Positions 59,306 through 64,000 of a stretch of DNA of 64,000 bases are shown here, one piece after another. Position numbers and translations under genes: made by a program. The stretch covers positions 64,001 through 128,000 of the forward strand of contig CAWABA010000004.1 in the NCBI GenBank assembly GCA_963780185.1. The letters run 5' to 3'. Positions within the stretch are counted from its first letter, which is position 1; each line of letters opens with the position of its first letter. This stretch comes from Candidatus Bathyarchaeota archaeon (GTDB lineage: Archaea > Thermoproteota > Bathyarchaeia > Bathyarchaeales > Bathycorpusculaceae). Below the pieces are notes generated by a model that saw only the letters and a program-made list of their open reading frames with translations, was not told the origin of the DNA and searched no databases.

Positions 59306-59609
59306 TCAGCCTGTATCCTCACGGCAAACGGTCACGCTATTTTAACATCTCATCACCATACGTATAAAAGCTTATAGATACGCTACCGAGTTTACACGAA
59401 TACTTTTGAGACGCGAAAACTTGGGCATTAGAGAATCTTTTTGGTTATTGACAGAAATGAACTCATATTGAACCATTTTATTAGAATAGCCAACTGCCGG
59501 GACAAGCTCTTGATACTGAGGCGCCCATCTTTCCGGGGCCTCATTCAAGCGTTTAGCAGGTAAACTTTGCTAACTTATGATCAGGGTTGAATCAATTAAA
59601 AATACTTCA

Positions 59610-60374
59610 TTAAGCTGGTTTTGCAATGACTAATATGCCGGTACACATGTTTTTTGATATTTTTTCAAGAAACTTGAAGCCTTTCCAATTTTCAAGTCCG
59701 AAAGAGTTGATGACTTGGAAACCATTGTCTTGCAATAAATCGCATAATGAATAAATTGTGAAGGGACGAATGTGACCTGCAGGTTTCCATTGGTCCATCC
59801 GGTTTTTCAAAGAGTTAATCCTGTAGCCGTAACTTAATTTTTGAGTTGATACTTCAGTGTTGAACGGTTGTATCCCTAAAGGTACTAAAATTCGGTTTTT
59901 CCAGCAAACCACATTCAAAGTTGTTATTAACAAAACTCCGTCATTAGAGATGCTTTTCCTTATCGAGGCGAGGAAAAAATCAGTGTTAAAAATGTGTTCT
60001 ATGGTTTCAAAAACCGTTATCACTTGGCACTCTTTGGGCAAGAGGGAATCAGAATTAAAATCCGAACAAGAAAATTGTATCCCCTGACTTTCACATGCGT
60101 TTTGGCATTCTCTCGATGCATCGGCACCAACCGCTTCTACGGGCATATTTGAAGCTTCTTGAATAAACAAAGCAAATTTTCTTGTTCCTACGCCGCTTCC
60201 GCAGCCAACGTCCAGATACTTAATTGATTCCCGATTCTTTTTCCACTCTTGTGCTAAACTAAAGAAAAGTTCTTTTACAGACTTTTTGGACATCAATTCC
60301 CCATATCTGTCGGGTGTTTGCTCGAATCTTTCCCTTTGGTTATAGAAGGCACCCGTTTTTTGCTGATTTGTCAT
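59610..60374 (-). CDS. Class I SAM-dependent methyltransferase
   Basis: YLDVGCGSG, FETIEH, HIRPFT. Confidence 0.9.
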   Translation of the reverse strand: MTNQQKTGAFYNQRERFEQTPDRYGELMSKKSVKELFFSLAQEWKKNRESIKYLDVGCGSGVGTRKFALFIQEASNMPVEAVGADASRECQNACESQGIQFSCSDFNSDSLLPKECQVITVFETIEHIFNTDFFLASIRKSISNDGVLLITTLNVVCWKNRILVPLGIQPFNTEVSTQKLSYGYRINSLKNRMDQWKPAGHIRPFTIYSLCDLLQDNGFQVINSFGLENWKGFKFLEKISKNMCTGILVIAKPA

Positions 60375-63217
60375 TTGTTGTTACCTTTTTTCATTTTAGA
60401 TTTTATGTTGTTGGCAAAGTGTGTGTAGACCGTTGGTTTTATAATGTACAGGAGCATGGCGTCAGTAAAAACGATAGATAGTATGGTTAGACTGTAAGAT
60501 AGGTCTTTGTCTTGTACATCAATTGATATTTTCTGGTTTACCAATGTTTGGGTTGGGTTGAAAATCCAGCCTTTGAAGAAGACGTTGGCTTGAAAACTAC
60601 TTGTGTCTAGAGATGTTTGGGGGTTCTTCAAGTTGTTGTAGAGGTACTGCGAGACTACTGCGAAGTTCGTTGCATTAGTTGACACCATTAAGGAAGACTC
60701 TTCGGAACTGTCTTCCAAAACCTTGTATGGTATTTGGTTGAAATCTTGACGCATCGCAAACAACCTTATCGGATTGCTTCTAGTCACGGTTATTTGAGAG
60801 AAACGTGAGACTGATTGTTCGGAAACCAAGGAGATGTTTGCCAGCTGGGGTGAAATTGGGAAAGTCATGCATAAGTTGCCGTTTACATAAACATCGACTT
60901 GATCGATTAGGCGAGTGACATTAACGTTAATTGATTGGGCTGGATTTCGAAGGCTGTAGCCGACATATTGATTGATTACCGATGAATGGAAAACGCCGTT
61001 TTGTTGAATTGCCAACTCAACATTACCGTCGTCGTGAAAAATAATATAGTACCCTTGGCTGCCTGTATCGATAATAACTCGAGGGCTCAGAAAGCTCAGC
61101 AAACCATTTTGTAACACATTAACCTTGAAATCCAATGAGAAGCTTCCAGATGTGCCTAGTGAAAGCGCAGTTGAATTTAGTGTTACATCTTCAAATCGGC
61201 TTGTTTGCGCTGTTTCTGTCCCTACAGCTTTAACTGTATCTCCCGGCGACAAGGAAGTTATGGTTGAAAAATCGTTCAATAGATGTTCAATGCTTTTCTG
61301 CTGAAGCTCAACAGTCCTTGACTTGCCGCCGTTAGTTATGTCAAGCGTTAAATTGTTTGTAGTACCGTTTGGCAAGCATAGTGCATGTACCGCGTAGGTT
61401 CCTTGATCGCAAGAAAAGGGGACATTGAGTTGGGAGATTGAGTTCCCCTGATTTATGAAAACAGGTAAGTCGGCAAAGTTGACATAGTCAAAAGCGTATT
61501 TTAGTGTACCTACGTCATCGTAGAAGACATAATTGTTTGAAGCATAAAGCAAAGGTAAAGCGTTCGGATTGTTGTACAGGTCGTAATCTTGTGACTTGCT
61601 GACAAGGGTTAGACCGCCGTCATTTCTAACTTGCTGAAGAGAATTATTCATGTCATAAGTGGTTGGAAATATTAATTCATCGTTGGCGTCATAACCATTC
61701 ATCACCGCCAAAGATTTTATTGAAAACATGCCCAGAGCTTTGCTCCAGGAGAAGCTTCCGTCTGATATTAATTCAGCGGATGGCCCGTTTAATGACGAAA
61801 CAAGTTGGAAGATACGGGAATTAGGGTCGGAATAAAGTTCTACTTTGTGGGTGTAAGGCAATATTATTCCTCGCTGATTCTGAGACGCTTGATCTAATTG
61901 GGTTGCTATGTTCACGTATGTTTGGTTGTAAAGACTGCCCCACTTTGCCGCATCAGACACTTCTTGAAGAGTTGTTTGACCAGCATAATCGACTAACCAT
62001 GGGCTATTGTAAACTACTGTCCCAACGATTAACAGTGTCAAGGCTAAACCAAAAAAGAATTTCTTCTTACCTCTTATGGCCGAAAACTCAACAATTCCAA
62101 AAAACCCAAGCAAGGTACTTAAAACAGAAATGAGCATGACCACCCTTAACTTGACAGGAGTCTCCCAGGTCTTAAGTATTAAAGACAACAATCCGTTGCT
62201 AAGTAAGCCAGAATTGAGGGTTTGCATTAGCAAAATTAAAACTAAGGCAACTCCGAATAGGAGTATGCTCTGGTAAAAGAATAGCCTATCTTTGTTTAAT
62301 CTGTTCTTTGGCAAAAAAAGAGCTAAAATTGATGCGGCAAAAAACGCAAACAGGATGTACCCAAAATAATTCGTGACGGCAGTCGAATCATACCAAGCGT
62401 TAACTCCCAGCCCTGATCCGGCATCGCCCCCAAACCTAAGAAGATTGACCAGATTAGAGTTATGGTAAGCGTAGCTTATTGTTAGAAGAAAACGTGAGGA
62501 CGAGGGGCCCTGAAAATAAGTTGCCAAAGGAGCGCTTTGGATATTAAATTGCGAAATGATAAGAGGCAAACAGACTACAAAAAACATTAACGCAAAGATC
62601 GAGAAGTTAACAGCACAAAGCTTCAAGAATTTTTTTGTTAAGCGGTACCTCATGAATAAAGCAACTGCGAAGGTAACCACTAAGAAGACAGTTACTAAAG
62701 CAACAGATAGGATGAATTGTTCATTGGCTGAAACTGTTAAAGCCAGAAACAACGAGGCAAATCCTAAGTTTTTCACTACGCCGGGTCTCTTTTGCGATTG
62801 CAGCTCCCGTAGTGAACGTACAAAGAATTTTAGCCCCAAAGGCAACAGGACTAAAGAAAAAGCGTTGATAATCGAGGCATAATAGTAAGGCGTTACAGGA
62901 TTAACAAGGTAAAGAACTGAAACCAGAATTCTTAGACTTTCACTTTTTAGGAACCCCTTTGAAAAAAAGTAAAACGAAACCATTGTGAGAACGTAGAATA
63001 AAAAGGGATAAACAATCGTTGAAGGAAGTTTAAGCAAAGAAAGAACATAAGTTAAAGGGAATAGAAACCCAGATTTGAAGGTCGAAAGAACCCCAATGTC
63101 GCCCATATAAGATGAACGAACAATTTTTGGTCCTATAATATCGACAACATTGCTCTGAGTCCAGCGAAAATTGTCGCCGATGACCAGAGTGGGCAAAAAA
63201 ATAACGCTAAAAGTCAA
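60371..63217 (-). CDS. Large polytopic membrane protein (GT-C/AftD-YfhO-like) with extracellular beta domains; N-terminus probably extends to ~63270
   Basis: ~12 TM segments, LYLVNP motif, LYNNPNALP, beta-sandwich region, C-terminal TM. Confidence 0.6.
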   Translation of the reverse strand: MTFSVIFLPTLVIGDNFRWTQSNVVDIIGPKIVRSSYMGDIGVLSTFKSGFLFPLTYVLSLLKLPSTIVYPFLFYVLTMVSFYFFSKGFLKSESLRILVSVLYLVNPVTPYYYASIINAFSLVLLPLGLKFFVRSLRELQSQKRPGVVKNLGFASLFLALTVSANEQFILSVALVTVFLVVTFAVALFMRYRLTKKFLKLCAVNFSIFALMFFVVCLPLIISQFNIQSAPLATYFQGPSSSRFLLTISYAYHNSNLVNLLRFGGDAGSGLGVNAWYDSTAVTNYFGYILFAFFAASILALFLPKNRLNKDRLFFYQSILLFGVALVLILLMQTLNSGLLSNGLLSLILKTWETPVKLRVVMLISVLSTLLGFFGIVEFSAIRGKKKFFFGLALTLLIVGTVVYNSPWLVDYAGQTTLQEVSDAAKWGSLYNQTYVNIATQLDQASQNQRGIILPYTHKVELYSDPNSRIFQLVSSLNGPSAELISDGSFSWSKALGMFSIKSLAVMNGYDANDELIFPTTYDMNNSLQQVRNDGGLTLVSKSQDYDLYNNPNALPLLYASNNYVFYDDVGTLKYAFDYVNFADLPVFINQGNSISQLNVPFSCDQGTYAVHALCLPNGTTNNLTLDITNGGKSRTVELQQKSIEHLLNDFSTITSLSPGDTVKAVGTETAQTSRFEDVTLNSTALSLGTSGSFSLDFKVNVLQNGLLSFLSPRVIIDTGSQGYYIIFHDDGNVELAIQQNGVFHSSVINQYVGYSLRNPAQSINVNVTRLIDQVDVYVNGNLCMTFPISPQLANISLVSEQSVSRFSQITVTRSNPIRLFAMRQDFNQIPYKVLEDSSEESSLMVSTNATNFAVVSQYLYNNLKNPQTSLDTSSFQANVFFKGWIFNPTQTLVNQKISIDVQDKDLSYSLTILSIVFTDAMLLYIIKPTVYTHFANNIKSKMKKGNNK

Positions 63218-63361
63218 GAAGCACGATATCGCCAGAAAAACAAGCAGGGGAAAAAAGCGCTTACCTGCTGTTTGTTTAGTTTTGTCATCAGATGGAAACT
63301 TTAGAAAAATGTAATCACCTATAAGCTATCCATTGGCTGATTAGATAGTGTTTGGCATTTT

Positions 63362-64000
63362 TCACTGATAAGCTTTATTGTAGATGCTAACGTATAGATC
63401 GGCAATTTCTTTCCAAGATAAAATCTTACTATTATCCGTGTTAGCGATGAGCCTGTTTCTTAGAGTTGGATCAGTCAGAATTCTAATGATCGCACAGCCT
63501 AATTCTTCAGCGTTTCCCGTGGGGACAAGCAGCGAAGAGTCAGTTTTGATTATCTCGACTGAAGATGGAGTATCAAATGCTACAACTGGCTTATGCATCA
63601 TTAAAGCTTCCAGCAAAACTATGCCAAACGGTTCTTGAAGAGAAGGAAAAACAACAACTTCCGACTGTTCATAAAGGCACGCCTTGCTTTCATCATCTAT
63701 CCAACCGATTAATTTGACGCTTTTTGAAAGACCCCGCTTTTTAACCAAATCCTCTAGAACCGACTTATACGATCCAGATCCAGCGATCAACGCTAAAGCA
63801 TCCGGGACTTTCGCTAATACAGTTGGCATGGCATCAATAAGAAATTGAAAACCCTTCGATTCACTCAGTCTTCCAACAGCAAAAATAACTTTCTTGTTTT
63901 CCAAAGAATACTTTTTTTCTACAAAGCTCGACACGTCGGGGTTCACTTTCGATAAGATAGCGTTGGCGCTGTTGGGAACAACTATTGTTTTTTTGTTAAC
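63362..64000 (-). CDS. GT4 glycosyltransferase (partial)
   Basis: AVGRL..SKG, PS..EPFGIVLLEA; open to the window edge. Confidence 0.92.
   Translation of the reverse strand, partial: VNKKTIVVPNSANAILSKVNPDVSSFVEKKYSLENKKVIFAVGRLSESKGFQFLIDAMPTVLAKVPDALALIAGSGSYKSVLEDLVKKRGLSKSVKLIGWIDDESKACLYEQSEVVVFPSLQEPFGIVLLEALMMHKPVVAFDTPSSVEIIKTDSSLLVPTGNAEELGCAIIRILTDPTLRNRLIANTDNSKILSWKEIADLYVSIYNKAYQ

Noticed and set aside
59509-59549. GC-rich hairpin TGAGGC-GCCC...GGG-GCCTCA between the methyltransferase and smc
   Set aside because: A single short hairpin with no family features; not SRP RNA or tRNA

Overview
Archaeal chromosomal segment, most likely Bathyarchaeia (inferred from gene content, many TTG/GTG starts and Pro/Thr-tailed beta-helix surface proteins). 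Core genes: thiL, trmY, cgi121, THUMP protein, ABCE1, top6B/A, aIF5B, enolase, uS2, MEMO1, an Aeropyrum-type mevalonate/isoprenoid cluster (mvk, AMP decarboxylase, PMDh large and small subunits, ipk, fni, GGPP synthase), gltX, srp19, eS8 and smc-scpA-scpB. Accessory material: several TA pairs, an HNH nuclease, surface proteins and the edge of a glycosylation cluster. Six things lie outside the ORF track. (1) tRNA-Thr(CGU) is followed by three serial copies of its own 3' end, each bounding a 1-2 gene cassette, with no integrase in the window. (2) A ~190-bp non-coding element occurs twice in inverted orientation. (3) A wHTH-pilin-coiled-coil-two-Roadblock cluster has no GTPase. (4) A highly structured ~145-nt RNA candidate with its own promoter sits next to a SAMP/MoaD gene. 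(5) A promoter/operator module is shared by two surface-protein genes. (6) Several genes appear to start at ACG, and there are micro-ORFs and a variant fluoride riboswitch. Single-base indels in essential genes (eno, rps2, smc) point to uncorrected sequencing errors, so frameshifts are not read as pseudogenes. All family calls come from motif recognition, not database searches.
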